A stretch of DNA of 64,000 nucleotides from Candidatus Hydrogenedentota bacterium. Its GTDB lineage: Bacteria > Hydrogenedentota > Hydrogenedentia > Hydrogenedentales > SLHB01. The stretch's first letter is position 1. Each line of letters starts with the position of its first letter. Shown piece by piece: positions 1 to 10,900 of the stretch. The stretch is from assembly GCA_034408725.1 (NCBI GenBank), contig JAWXCN010000200.1:20385-84384 (forward strand). The letters run 5' to 3'. The notes below the pieces were generated by a model that did no database searches, was not told where the DNA came from, and worked only from the letters and a program-made list of their open reading frames with translations. The position numbers and the translations under genes were made by a program.

Positions 1-1155
1 CTCGGTGGTATACGCGCCGTTGCCGGGAGTGACATCCCGCGCGGGGCGTCGCTGAGTTCGTCCACGGCGCTTTCGCTTGCTGTATTCATGAGCGTTGCGG
101 CATCGAACGGTCAAGCCGCCACACCCACTGAACTCATCACCATCGCGCAGGACATCGAATGGATCACAGGCGCGCGCGTAGGCGTCAGTGATCAAGTGGC
201 CATGCTGTTTCCGCGAGCAAACGAGGTTTTTAACTTCGCGCCGCCCTTTGACCTGTCGAAAGCGCGTAAACAACCGTTCCCGGACGGTCTGCGCTTGCTC
301 GTCATCAATTCACATACCGAACGCAACCTCAGCGGAGCGGATCAATTGCGCTATACCCGCAACCGGTTCGCATACTCGATCGCGCTTGAACTGCTGCGCA
401 GCGAAATGTTGCGCGGCGGAGTAGCCGAGCCAATCGTGCGATCCATGTTGCGGCTCAGCGATTTCAATGCGGATGCCCTCGAACCTTTCGGAGGAAACTC
501 CGCGGTGTACCATTGGCTTCAACAGATACCTGAATCGATTTCACTCGACGAACTTCGCGCACGATACAACATCAGAGCACTGGATGAAACCTACGGAACC
601 TACTTTGGTCCACTTCCCGAATGTGACCGGCCAGACCAGTTTAATTTCCGCGGGCCATTGTTGTACGGGCTCGCCGAATCGGAGCGCGCCCGCGTGTTTA
701 TAGATGCCATTGCCACCGCCAATTTCACGAAAGCCGGACGACTCATGACCATCGGGCACGATGGAGACCGCATCGTTGACGCTTCGGGCAACCCCTGGTC
801 TTATCCAGTGGACAACAACGCCGTCCAAGAGTTGTCGCGCCGGAACGTGCCAATCCATCAAGTGCCAGGCGCGTACGGAGCAAGCAGCCGCGCGCTGGAT
901 GCGCTCGTTGATTGCTCGATCGGCGCTGGCGCGCTTGGCGCGTCCCTTACCGGCGCGGGCATTGCCGGGGTCGTCCTGGCACTATGCCGCGCGCCAGACA
1001 CGGAGCGGATTGTTGACGCGATTCATTCGTATATGGAAACTGTTGGGTCCGGGCGCCTGGCGCGCCGCCCCGCTCCGCTCACGCCAGACGAATTGAGAAG
1101 CAGCGTGGTTGTCAATCAACCGCCAGCAAGCGCATGCGAACTCGATCCGTTGTAG
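1..1155 (+). CDS. galK: Galactokinase-family GHMP kinase (5' partial)
   Basis: Frame +1 is open from base 1 and reads ...SDIPRGASLSSSTA (GHMP ATP-binding motif), later GVSDQ and GASLTGAGIAG. Confidence 0.7.
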   Translation, partial: LGGIRAVAGSDIPRGASLSSSTALSLAVFMSVAASNGQAATPTELITIAQDIEWITGARVGVSDQVAMLFPRANEVFNFAPPFDLSKARKQPFPDGLRLLVINSHTERNLSGADQLRYTRNRFAYSIALELLRSEMLRGGVAEPIVRSMLRLSDFNADALEPFGGNSAVYHWLQQIPESISLDELRARYNIRALDETYGTYFGPLPECDRPDQFNFRGPLLYGLAESERARVFIDAIATANFTKAGRLMTIGHDGDRIVDASGNPWSYPVDNNAVQELSRRNVPIHQVPGAYGASSRALDALVDCSIGAGALGASLTGAGIAGVVLALCRAPDTERIVDAIHSYMETVGSGRLARRPAPLTPDELRSSVVVNQPPASACELDPL

Positions 1156-1181
1156 CCAACGAAACTAAGAACCGGGACACA

Positions 1182-4100
1182 ATGAACGTCACCATACGGG
1201 CCTTGATAGATTTTATCGCGAGCGCGGATACGCGCACGAATAAAAAAGCGGCCTACTACGCCCGGCAGGGGCGCGTAAAATCCATTGAAATTACCGACGA
1301 CAGCCAGATTCTCGCTACGGTCCTGGGTTCCGGCAACAGGCTTTATGAAACGCTGTTGACTGTCACGCTTTCGCGATCGAAGAAAGTACACATCGATTCA
1401 GAATGCTCGTGCCCAGTGGGATTTTTCTGCAAGCACGCCGTCGCGGTGGCGATTGAGATTATTGATGGGTCGATGAACGCCGAGTTGACGGACGAATTCG
1501 CCGGCGAGCTGTCCGGCTTGCGGCCGGCGTCTACACGGGCTTCGCGTTACAAGCCCTGGTGGGAGAAATTTCTCGATGCGAAGACGGAAACCACGCGCCG
1601 CGAACAGCTCGTAAGCGGATTGGGGGAATCGTTTCCGCACTACGCGAGCTCGTGGCCCATTTATAGCGCGGCAGACGCATTGATCAAGAAATACTCGCCG
1701 ATGGAAGTCCTGGATTTCGTCGAAGACACCGTGCGAAGTCTCTCCATGAGACTTCACGGCGCGCAGCCCATCAATCCAGGCTTTCTGGAGTATCTAAACG
1801 CTCCGGAGCGACGGGAGGCGAGCGAAACCGCGCGCCGCGCGCGTGACGACGCGGCGTTCTATCAGTGGTTGAATGGCGACGGCGCCAATTCGGTTGCAGG
1901 TCTGTCGCAGTTGCACGTCGAATGGCATACGGCGCAAGTGGGCACCGAGTTTTCCGTGTTCGCATGCCGGATATTGTTGAGCGGGAGTAAACTGGATCGC
2001 AGTCCGCGGCATCCGCAGGCGATTGAACAGCTTCAGCGTGAACTTGACTCTGGCGCGAGACGGCTTGCTCCCCTGGAGTCGTCTTTTTTGAATTGGCTTC
2101 TGCGCCAGCGCGATTTCGACGCCGTGCGCCGGAGGTCTCCCTTTGGCGATGAACGATTTGTCATTCCGATCCTCGAACCTATGCTCTGGCTGACGCGCTG
2201 GGCATCGTGCCCGTTTTTCTCCTGGCCCGATGGCTCTCGCGTGATCGTTTCGCCGCACGGCGCGACTATTTCCACCATGGCCACGTCCGGCGGAAAGCGC
2301 GTTTGGAGCATTGCGTTTACGCGGGAAAATGGCGCTCAAGAAGTGAGGCCATTGAAAGACGTCGAATTCATTGCGGATGCGGAGGACCAGCATCTCTCGC
2401 AACGGGAGAATGCGATGTGTTTCGCGCTCGAAGGAAACGTGATATACCCAATTCGCGATAATGCGATGCCGCTACACATTCTCGCCGCGCTCCGTACGAT
2501 GGAGGAAGTGCCGCTCGAACAATTGCGCGAAAAGGGGGTTGGCCCTGCCCTGATCGCCCGGATGCCGGCGCTTGCGGTGGATCCCTCGACAGTTGCCCAG
2601 ATACCGGTAGTGCCGCGGGTCGAGCTTCGCCTTGGTCAAGATAATTTTCTCGCGGTCAACGTGAGCGCCGTAGCGGTAGACGGAACGGCGTTTGCCTGGT
2701 CCCAGGATGGATTGTGGCGTCAGCGCAAAGGCGCCATAAGCGACGCTGGCGAGGCTATGGAAGAAATCGCCGCGACGAGTGAGCAGGAAAACGCAGAGGA
2801 AAAGACCGGACCAGAATTTGACCAACAGGCAATCGAAAACGCGTTATGCATTGTTCCGCGTCCGGAAGACGTAGCCCCAATCGAGACATGGGTCCGCGCG
2901 CTATTCGCGGGACAATTCGGCGCGCTGAAAATTGCGGGCGCGGGAGAGTTCACGCGCCGCCTTTCCAACGCGGACCTCGCAAGAATTAGCGCGCTCTGGC
3001 TTCAGCGGCCCAGTGGCGTCACCTATTTAGGGAACGACGTTTTCCGATCCGCGGTGACGCTCCGGCGGCCGCCGCGCATGCAACTCAAGGTCGAACCGAG
3101 TGGCACGGATTGGTTGCAGGTCAGCGTCGATATGGAACGGGATATCGAGCAGTTGTCGTGGAGTGAAGTCGAAGCTGCGCTGGATAGCCCTCATTCGGAA
3201 CTGGTCGCACTTCCTGGAGGAAGATTGTATCGCCGATCCGAAATCGAGACGTACCGTAACCAACTGGAAACGCTCGCGAACCTGGGTATTGGCGCGGGCG
3301 ATACCCAGCGCATACATGCCATGCAATTCGCGTCGCAGGCGCCTGGCGCCGTTGCGGAATTGACGGCCACCGCGGGCTTTCGCGAGTTGGGTGAGGCCCT
3401 GCGAGGGTTGCTTAAAAAATTCAAGGGCGTGCCGCGCGCCAAAGTCGCGAAAAAAACGTCGGGCCATCTCCGCCCCTACCAACGCACCGGCACGGACTTT
3501 CTCGTGTGGGCCGCGCAGACTTTTGGCGGGGCGCTTCTGGCCGATGACATGGGCCTTGGCAAGACGCTTCAGGTGCTTGCCGCGTTGACCGCGTTGCGCG
3601 CAACTGCGGCGGAAAAACGTCCCTCGCTCGTGGTTTGCCCCGCGAGCGTGATGAGCAATTGGCAGCGCGAAGCGGAGCGTTTTGCGCCGTCGCTCCGGAC
3701 GCTTGTGCTCGAACGGGGCAAAGGACGCCGTGACCAATATGACACGCTTGATGAATACGATTTGGTCATCAAAAATTTTGCATTGACGCGCCGGGACGCC
3801 GACCTGTTGCGTGCACGCGAATGGTTGATGGTCTGTGTCGATGAGGCGCAGGCGATCAAGAATCCCGGCTCCGAAATTGCCCGCACGGTAAAATCGTTGA
3901 ACGCGGGCCATCGAATCGCGCTTACGGGCACGCCGATTGAAAACCGTCTGACTGACCTATGGTCGATCATCGATTTTGCGGTGCCGTCCTACCTGTCCGC
4001 GCAGCGCGTGTTCGAGGCGCGCGCAAAGTCCGGCAATGCCGCACAGCATGCACAGGCGTTGCGCGCGCGGCTTCGCCCTGTCGTGCTGCGGCGTCTCAAA

Positions 4101-4841
4101 TCCGAAGTTGCCCCTGAACTGCCGCCGCGGATCGAAGAACGCCGCGAATGCGTCATGACCTCTGGGCAGCGCACGGCGTATCTCGCCGAAGTGAAGAAGA
4201 CGCGCCTGTTGCTCGAAGGGACAAAGACGGACGCCATTAGCGGCAAAGAACGGTTCCAGGTCCTTGCCGCCCTCATGCGGCTGCGACAGATTTGCTGCGA
4301 CCCCGCGCTCATCGGTCTATCCGGGCTTGGTTCGGGCAAGGTCGATGAATTGATGGACTTGTTACCGCCATTGCTGGAAGCAGGACAGAAAATACTGCTG
4401 TTTTCGCAATTTGTGAAAATGATTGAGCGCCTTGAACCGGAACTGCGCAGGCGCGGTATCAAGACGTTCAAACTGACGGGCGCTACCACCAAGCGCCAGG
4501 CGCTTGTAGATGCGTTCGAAATGGACGCAGAACCGAGCGTATTTCTTATTTCGCTCAAAGCGGGCGGCACCGGTCTGAATCTCGTGTCCGCGTCGCATGT
4601 CGTATTGTTCGACCCGTGGTGGAACCCCGCGGTCGAGGCGCAGGCGATCGACCGCACGCACCGCATCGGGCAGGACAAGACAGTCGTGGCAGTGAGGCTC
4701 ATCACGCAGGACACGATCGAGCAACGGATTGCGGAATTGCAGGAGCGGAAAAGCGCGATTGCGCGAGACGTGTTCAACGAGGATTCGTTCAACCGTCAAT
4801 TGACGAGAAGCGATTTGGATTTCCTGCTTCAGTCTGACTAG
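1182..4841 (+). CDS. SWIM zinc-finger SNF2-family helicase/ATPase
   Basis: CSCPVGFFCKH SWIM motif; LADDMGLGKT, DEAQAIKN, LTGTPIEN, SLKAGGTGLNL and WNPAVEAQAIDRTHRIGQ SNF2 motifs; ATG at 1182 follows the upstream stop. Confidence 0.92.
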   Translation: MNVTIRALIDFIASADTRTNKKAAYYARQGRVKSIEITDDSQILATVLGSGNRLYETLLTVTLSRSKKVHIDSECSCPVGFFCKHAVAVAIEIIDGSMNAELTDEFAGELSGLRPASTRASRYKPWWEKFLDAKTETTRREQLVSGLGESFPHYASSWPIYSAADALIKKYSPMEVLDFVEDTVRSLSMRLHGAQPINPGFLEYLNAPERREASETARRARDDAAFYQWLNGDGANSVAGLSQLHVEWHTAQVGTEFSVFACRILLSGSKLDRSPRHPQAIEQLQRELDSGARRLAPLESSFLNWLLRQRDFDAVRRRSPFGDERFVIPILEPMLWLTRWASCPFFSWPDGSRVIVSPHGATISTMATSGGKRVWSIAFTRENGAQEVRPLKDVEFIADAEDQHLSQRENAMCFALEGNVIYPIRDNAMPLHILAALRTMEEVPLEQLREKGVGPALIARMPALAVDPSTVAQIPVVPRVELRLGQDNFLAVNVSAVAVDGTAFAWSQDGLWRQRKGAISDAGEAMEEIAATSEQENAEEKTGPEFDQQAIENALCIVPRPEDVAPIETWVRALFAGQFGALKIAGAGEFTRRLSNADLARISALWLQRPSGVTYLGNDVFRSAVTLRRPPRMQLKVEPSGTDWLQVSVDMERDIEQLSWSEVEAALDSPHSELVALPGGRLYRRSEIETYRNQLETLANLGIGAGDTQRIHAMQFASQAPGAVAELTATAGFRELGEALRGLLKKFKGVPRAKVAKKTSGHLRPYQRTGTDFLVWAAQTFGGALLADDMGLGKTLQVLAALTALRATAAEKRPSLVVCPASVMSNWQREAERFAPSLRTLVLERGKGRRDQYDTLDEYDLVIKNFALTRRDADLLRAREWLMVCVDEAQAIKNPGSEIARTVKSLNAGHRIALTGTPIENRLTDLWSIIDFAVPSYLSAQRVFEARAKSGNAAQHAQALRARLRPVVLRRLKSEVAPELPPRIEERRECVMTSGQRTAYLAEVKKTRLLLEGTKTDAISGKERFQVLAALMRLRQICCDPALIGLSGLGSGKVDELMDLLPPLLEAGQKILLFSQFVKMIERLEPELRRRGIKTFKLTGATTKRQALVDAFEMDAEPSVFLISLKAGGTGLNLVSASHVVLFDPWWNPAVEAQAIDRTHRIGQDKTVVAVRLITQDTIEQRIAELQERKSAIARDVFNEDSFNRQLTRSDLDFLLQSD

Positions 4842-4851
4842 CAAGGACGGG

Positions 4852-6684
4852 TTACTTTGCCACCTCGGCGAACTCATTATCATGTACGTTACAGGTATCG
4901 ATCCTGTTCTGATTCCGGTTGTTGAAATTCATCGGCGTTGGCACGTTGTATACGCGGTTATTGCGTACTTCGATGAACCCGCTACCTTCGTCGAGATAAA
5001 TCCCGCCGGGCCACCCGGGGTTGTCGTGAATGTGGTTGCCTTCAATGATTGTGCCCGGCATATTACCCAGCGTATACACGCCGCCGCCATCGAGCCGCTT
5101 TTGCATCACGTGATGAATGTGGTTGTTCGCGATACGGTTATTGCGCGCGGGCGTAGGTTTTTCGTAGATAAACGGAATCGGGTACGTCGATCCGCCCGCA
5201 TCTTCTTCCCCCCAACCCCAGCCAATGGAAATGCCGCTGTAAGGTAGATCGTAAATCTCGTTGCCCTCGATCACTGTACCTTCGGTGTATCCCGCGAAAA
5301 TACCGACGCTGCCCTCGTATTCGACGCCGGCTTGATGAACCTTGCAGTTTTCGACGCGATTGTTTCGCACGATCATGTGATCGACGTTTGGGTGGTGTGA
5401 TGACAGGTTCACGTCTCCGATCTGGATCGCACTGCCACTGATGTCCACAAATTCGCAATTTCGAATCACGGTGTTGGACGTACCAAATCCGTGCGCCGTG
5501 GAGGGACCGCAGATGTCGACACCCGCGCCGCCCATCCGTGTGAACGTGCATCCGTCGAATTCGATATCCTGTGCGTCAACCAATCGAATCGCGCCGGTAC
5601 TTTTCCGGTATTCGTTATGGACATTTACGAGAAACCCATCGCGTTCATAGATATTACTCTCTGTGATCGCGAAATTGGCCTGCATGTCCGCGAGCCCGTT
5701 GTTCAGCACTTCATCTGGTCCAGAATCCGCGAACGTAATCCCCTCGAACCGAATATGGTTTGGCCGCAAACGGGGGTCATTGTCCTCCTTGGTTTCCAGT
5801 AATACCGGTATTCGCGGGACAATCGTCTCCACCGTTTCAATGCTTTCGCCAGGCCGTGGAATGTAGTGGAGCGTGTCCCCGGATTCATCGAAATACCATT
5901 CGCCTGGTTCGTCCAGCAACTCAATGGCGTTTTCGATAGACGCGGGCAATTTGGCCTGGACCCCTTCCTTGCGCGAGATCAACATAAACGTTGGCTGGTG
6001 CATGCGAATTCGTGTCGTACCGTTTTCGCCCGGCGTCATTGATTCCACGCGGCACGTCATGTGGGACCATGAATTGAAAAAGCCGATTTCGATATCCGCG
6101 GGGTTGCGCCATTGCGCGAGCGCGGAATTCGATACAGCGAATCCGGCATCCGCATCGATAGTTTTCATGTCGCCGTAGTGCTCCGCACCCTCGGGGAACG
6201 GTCCGCGCGCCCGCTGAGCGCGCACGCCGTTTACGAAGAGTTGGCGAAGCTGGGTTCGCGTATTTTCAACGCCAAGCGGCGATGCAACGCTCCAGCGTCC
6301 CGCCGCGTCGGCTTTCCAACCGCTAACGCGCCTGCCCCCGCTGATCACCGGTTTTGCGCCTTCTGCCGCGCGAAAAACCACGAAGTGTCCATTCGCGCCA
6401 CTGTGGCGCCCGGTCAAGGTAATCGGCGCATCCAGGTGATACGTGCCATCCGCAATTTCAACAATAAAGTCGGACTCCATGTCCACAGCGCGCTCCGCGA
6501 CCGCGTTCAACGCCTTCATCCACACACCGTGACCATCGACGTCTGGTGACACGGTGATCGGTTCCGCGATCCCGAATCGCACAATGAAAATGAAGCACAT
6601 TGTGGCAGCGATGCGTCGCGACATTTCCGCCATCACAGAGCTCCACCCGCGATCATCGCCACAAGGCTGTGTTGGATAGTCCAT
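4852..6684 (-). CDS. Secreted right-handed parallel beta-helix protein (pectin lyase fold, probable glycoside hydrolase/lyase)
   Basis: Signal-like N-terminus; GAKPVISGG, RQLFVNGVRAQRAR and NAIELLDEPGEWY motifs; repeated PbH1-like turns; GIYLDEGS. True start may be downstream of 6684. Confidence 0.8.
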   Translation of the reverse strand: MDYPTQPCGDDRGWSSVMAEMSRRIAATMCFIFIVRFGIAEPITVSPDVDGHGVWMKALNAVAERAVDMESDFIVEIADGTYHLDAPITLTGRHSGANGHFVVFRAAEGAKPVISGGRRVSGWKADAAGRWSVASPLGVENTRTQLRQLFVNGVRAQRARGPFPEGAEHYGDMKTIDADAGFAVSNSALAQWRNPADIEIGFFNSWSHMTCRVESMTPGENGTTRIRMHQPTFMLISRKEGVQAKLPASIENAIELLDEPGEWYFDESGDTLHYIPRPGESIETVETIVPRIPVLLETKEDNDPRLRPNHIRFEGITFADSGPDEVLNNGLADMQANFAITESNIYERDGFLVNVHNEYRKSTGAIRLVDAQDIEFDGCTFTRMGGAGVDICGPSTAHGFGTSNTVIRNCEFVDISGSAIQIGDVNLSSHHPNVDHMIVRNNRVENCKVHQAGVEYEGSVGIFAGYTEGTVIEGNEIYDLPYSGISIGWGWGEEDAGGSTYPIPFIYEKPTPARNNRIANNHIHHVMQKRLDGGGVYTLGNMPGTIIEGNHIHDNPGWPGGIYLDEGSGFIEVRNNRVYNVPTPMNFNNRNQNRIDTCNVHDNEFAEVAK

Positions 6685-6774
6685 ATCGTGTCACGATTCG
6701 ACCGCAAATTCATTTGAAGAGTCTCCAAAAAAAGTGCTGTAACCCTTACAGGGTACCTTCATGTGACTATTGTA

Positions 6775-6833
6775 CCTGGGGTAGGTCCGCCGTAGTCACG
6801 CGCTTCGCGTGACTACGGCGGACCTACCCCAGG
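6775..6833. repeat. Perfect 28-bp inverted repeat (REP-like hairpin)
   Basis: CCTGGGGTAGGTCCGCCGTAGTCACGCG-ctt-CGCGTGACTACGGCGGACCTACCCCAGG, flanked by related GCTGTAA(C/T)CC motifs at about 6736 and 6840. Confidence 0.9.
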
Positions 6834-6976
6834 CTGCGCGCTGTAATCCCTTCGGGATATAAAGACGCGCACGATTGGTTTTGTTAGAGTTTTAAATCTA
6901 AAGTTTCATCTTTGTTGAAATAACTAAGTCTGCACTGGTCGACATCGAGACAGCGGGAGCGAACGCTATTCACGCA

Positions 6977-8443
6977 TCATCCAGGCGATTCAAGCCGGTC
7001 CTCGTTCAACAGAGCGCCATCCACGCTGTAGTGCCGCGCTACGAGCACCGGCTTTCCGTCCACGTGCTCGACCGTCATTGACATGAATCCGCCGACGACG
7101 TTCAAATATTGATGCTCGGGGCGCAAGTCGTCCGGTTGCCATCCTCCCGCATGCGCGTCGCTCGCTGGGCCGCATGAGTATTCGCGAACACCGCGCGAGG
7201 GGTCGACTGAAACGTATTGCCAATGGCGGTCACCGCAAACGACCACCATGTTCTTTTGCGCGGCGATAAACGCGCGCAGCTCGTCGCCCTCGTATTTGAA
7301 TCCGGCATTAGCGTGGTTGTCATTTTTATTGTCACGGTCCGGCCCAACCATCGGCGTTGGGCTGATCAACACGCGAAACGACGCATCGGACTCAGCCACG
7401 GTTTTCTTGAACCACGCTTTCTGTTCCGCGCCCTAGATCGTTTTACCCGGGCCATCCGGCATATCATTTGGGCTGCGGAAGTCGCGTCCTTCGACAAGCC
7501 AAATTTGCAGGTCCTTACCCCACCGGAAAGTGCGGTATGTTTTTTCGCCCATTGGAACTTGCTCAAGAAACACCCGTTGACCCTGCTCAAACGTGAAGTC
7601 GCCCATGAACGGTGATTTCATACCCGGCCAGCTATCATCCATCCAGGTGTCGTGATCGTCTTTCATGAAGTAGCCCGGTATTTGACGGTGAAACAAAACG
7701 TTCGTAGGCAAGCTGTACATGCACTGCCAATGCCACCGCGCCAACGGCAGCGTCTTCGCCAACGAGTCGTAATATAGAATGTCGCCGGTATGCACAAAAA
7801 AATCCGGTTTTAATCGCAGCATGGCCGGATAAATACGAAAACCGGTCAAGGCGTCGCGGTCGTTATATTCCTGGCCTGTGCTCACGGTGAACATCACACG
7901 GGCAGGCTTGTCAGCACTTGGCGCGGTCTTGAAACCGCCTGCGATTTCACTTGTGACGGCATCCCCGACAGCCGCCCGAGACTCGACGCGGACGAGATAT
8001 TGTGTGTTTGGACTGAGCGCGCCGAGTGAAAACTGCCTGGTGAAATCCTTTTCTACTTCGACCAAGCGCCAATCGGTCATCTGCCAATCGTTGACGCCTT
8101 GAATCCGGTATGAGAGGCGGACATCGCCCGGCGCGCCCGCTGCCGCGCCTTGAATCGTATCGATGCTTGTGCCGTTTGGAAACTCGACAATTGGCGAAGA
8201 AACCGACCTGGGTTTCGCGTCGAGATCAATTTCGCCGGTGACGGTGTCCCTGTATTTCACAACCGGCATGGGCGCGTCCGAGCCGATGCGTTCAGGCAGG
8301 CGCGTGAGGCGCGTCCAAACGATCGCCGACGTGTCCGTTACCTCGCCGATCTTTATACCCGTGGCCTGGAACGGTCCGTCCGCGAGCGCGACGCCTACAA
8401 GCGTAACGATTACAAATCCAACGCAAGTGAAATTTCTACGCAT
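6977..8443 (-). pseudogene. Alkaline phosphatase D (PhoD) family, interrupted by an in-frame TAG at 7433-7435
   Basis: FFVHTGDILYYD, KDDHD, EGRDFRS and VCGDRHWQY motifs; ORFs 7433..8443 and 6977..7399 are in the same frame and read KTI*GAEQKAWFKK. Confidence 0.8.
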
Positions 8444-8472
8444 TTTATTTTTTGCGCCCTTCTTGGGGCTAT

Positions 8473-10224
8473 CTACATTTCGGAGCGATGATTTCCCACA
8501 ACTTCGCTTACGCGCAACGCCCGATCATATACCCTTAGCGCGTTCAGGTTCGCGCCCGGGGCGTCTCCGATGGCCACACTGGGATTGCCATTGAAATCAT
8601 TCCACCCTGGTTCGATGCGGTACCATCCCTGCGGCCGCGCGTCGCCACCGTCACACAACACACCGTCGACCACAAACATTACGATCCGCGGCCCGCCATC
8701 GATGATGATGCTTACGTTGTGGTCTTGTCCCGGTCGAAGCACGCCGGCGTCACTCTCGAACAGCGCCTCGTGTTCACCGTTGGACGCCGACCACTTAATC
8801 GCGCCCGCCGGCGTTGCTCTTATTGCCCACCCTTTACCTCCTGCATCGCGCGCGTCCAGCAATGCCACATCCTGAACAAGTGATTCGATAGCCGCGCGAA
8901 ACTCCAGCGTAAAACCTGCGCCGGGACCATTCAACGGCAGCGGTGGCATATCTGCGCGGTCCCCAGGCGCACATGCATCGCCTGTGAGTTCAAGGTTTAT
9001 TCCAACCCGCGTCAACACTGGCGCATCAAATTGTTTCCAAAGTCCTTCCAGAAGCGAAACTGGAATCTCATGCACCCGCGCCACCGTTTTCTGTGTTTCG
9101 GTGACGAAGTACCGGCCATCGTCTTCAATGAAATCGGGGTAGCTCATCCGCGTCTTCGGCTCTTCGTCAAACAGAAAAATTTCAGGTTGCGACCAATGAA
9201 TTGCGCCATCGCGCTCGACCCCGCCGCATAACCACACCGGATTACGTCCGTCGTAAGTTTTACCGCCGTGATTGTGAAACCAATACACGTACTTTCCATT
9301 ACTGAACCGGCGCACGAAATTCGCAGCGCGCGGATGTTTGATCGCGCGACCGCCCGGCGCATAGGTCATATAGGCGGGCGGTGTCCAAGTGCGGCCCTGG
9401 TCCCGGCTGTACGCGTGACACGGGTGGCCGTCGGTCGTGCGGTAGGTGCAGAACAGCGCGCCATCGGAAAGAAACGTAAAATTCTGTTCCTCCGCGATAG
9501 GGCCGATGGGCGCGCGCAATCCGATGTCGCCTTGGGGTAAAGTCTCCCAAGTTATCCGCTCAGGATCGCGTTCAGTCAGCACATTCCCGCTCACCAGCAC
9601 AACACCCTCGGACTTCTCGATAAACCCCTTCCCAAAATTCCCCACCTTGGACAAGCCGACGTATACGCGGCCGTCATGAACAAGCGGCTTTGCCACGCTC
9701 CACATGAACCGCACCGAGCCGCCGTACACGTTCTCGCGATCAATCTGAAATTCCCGCACCGGGATTGGATACCGTTCCGCGCTCCAGGATTGCCCGCCAT
9801 CGTCTGTGTACTTGAATACAAACTGCCCCAGCGTATCCACACGCTTCGTCTCGCCGCCGCTAGACAGTTTTACGCTGCGCATGTTGTCCGCGTTGTAATC
9901 GTAGAACGCGTACACGCGCCCGCCCGGCGTGAGCAACGGCGAAACCCACGACGCCTCCGGCGGGCCCACGGGTTCGATGTCCGTCAACGGCCCCCAGGTT
10001 TTTCCCTGATCCTTGCTGCGCGTGGACACGACATGCTGCGCCGTCGCGCCCTCTTCGCCCTCGCCCGTCGTCATCGTACACAACCACGTGCCATCGTCAA
10101 GCACTACGACATACGGCTGGTCGCAATACCCCTCATCGGGAATTACCGAAGCCCCGCGCACATCCCGGGTATCCTGGCCAGCCGCGGCCATGCACAACAC
10201 CAAAAGTACGAATGCCCGTGCCAT
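8473..10224 (-). CDS. Secreted sialidase/BNR (Asp-box) glycoside hydrolase with C-terminal LamG-like domain
   Basis: Asp-boxes SKDQGKTW, TDDGGQSW and SRDQGRTW; C-terminal LRVYDRAL LamG motif; ATG 10224 with GGAGG and a signal peptide. Confidence 0.8.
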   Translation of the reverse strand: MARAFVLLVLCMAAAGQDTRDVRGASVIPDEGYCDQPYVVVLDDGTWLCTMTTGEGEEGATAQHVVSTRSKDQGKTWGPLTDIEPVGPPEASWVSPLLTPGGRVYAFYDYNADNMRSVKLSSGGETKRVDTLGQFVFKYTDDGGQSWSAERYPIPVREFQIDRENVYGGSVRFMWSVAKPLVHDGRVYVGLSKVGNFGKGFIEKSEGVVLVSGNVLTERDPERITWETLPQGDIGLRAPIGPIAEEQNFTFLSDGALFCTYRTTDGHPCHAYSRDQGRTWTPPAYMTYAPGGRAIKHPRAANFVRRFSNGKYVYWFHNHGGKTYDGRNPVWLCGGVERDGAIHWSQPEIFLFDEEPKTRMSYPDFIEDDGRYFVTETQKTVARVHEIPVSLLEGLWKQFDAPVLTRVGINLELTGDACAPGDRADMPPLPLNGPGAGFTLEFRAAIESLVQDVALLDARDAGGKGWAIRATPAGAIKWSASNGEHEALFESDAGVLRPGQDHNVSIIIDGGPRIVMFVVDGVLCDGGDARPQGWYRIEPGWNDFNGNPSVAIGDAPGANLNALRVYDRALRVSEVVGNHRSEM

Positions 10225-10411
10225 GTTTCGCCTCCATCCACTTCGGAAAGTTTTCGCCCACGGAAAGTGCTTTAAGCCGGCGAGTTGTAGTTTTTCTATC
10301 ATACTTACTTCTGGCACGGAAGCTCCATCCATCTAAGCGTGTTAAAAGCGCCATGGGTTACAATACAGGCAAGCGAAAGTTTATGGTCGCGCAATTCAAC
10401 AGGAATTAGAT

Positions 10412-10900
10412 ATGGTCGCGTTGCGAGCTTGCGTCTATGCCTCCACCTTTATTGGTTTTCTGCTAATTTACTTCCCATACGCCATCGGACAAACCGATCG
10501 CGGTTCTCTGGCGCTGGGTCCGCTCCGTTACGTGGCCATTCCACTCTTTGTCATCGGCGCAATTGTAGCGTTGCGATGCGTGTACGATTTCATACGCATC
10601 GGACGTGGAACGCCGGCGCCCTTTGACCCGCCGCGCGCGTTGGTCGCGCAAGGCTGGTACCGCTGGGTCAGAAACCCGATGTATATCGGTGGGCTGATGT
10701 TGCTGCTGGGTCACGTGGTCTGGTGGTCGTCGATTGGCACGGCTGTTTACACGGCGTTGTATTGCGTGGCCACGGCGTCGTTTGTGGTGTTCTATGAAGA
10801 ACCGACGTTGAAGCGCAAATTCGGCGCTCCATACGAACGTTACATGCGGGAAGTCCCGCGATGGATTCCGCGCAGACCGCGCGACGGGGCTGTGCAATAG
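10412..10900 (+). CDS. Isoprenylcysteine carboxyl methyltransferase family membrane protein
   Basis: GRGTPAPFDPP, YRWVRNPMY and EEPTLKRKFGAPYERY...VPRWIP motifs. Confidence 0.9.
   Translation: MVALRACVYASTFIGFLLIYFPYAIGQTDRGSLALGPLRYVAIPLFVIGAIVALRCVYDFIRIGRGTPAPFDPPRALVAQGWYRWVRNPMYIGGLMLLLGHVVWWSSIGTAVYTALYCVATASFVVFYEEPTLKRKFGAPYERYMREVPRWIPRRPRDGAVQ

Noticed and set aside
1182-4841. SNF2 helicase as part of a defence system (DISARM/Zorya-like)
   Set aside because: Stand-alone SWIM-SNF2 with no methylase, nuclease or other partner genes nearby
3027-4883. Long antisense ORFs (also within dnaE2, tauE, trmD and others)
   Set aside because: Shadow ORFs of high-GC coding strands with no recognisable motifs
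7433-7435. Pyrrolysine or alternative genetic code
   Set aside because: TAG is used as a normal stop in rpsP, rplS, ruvC and others; no pyl genes in the window
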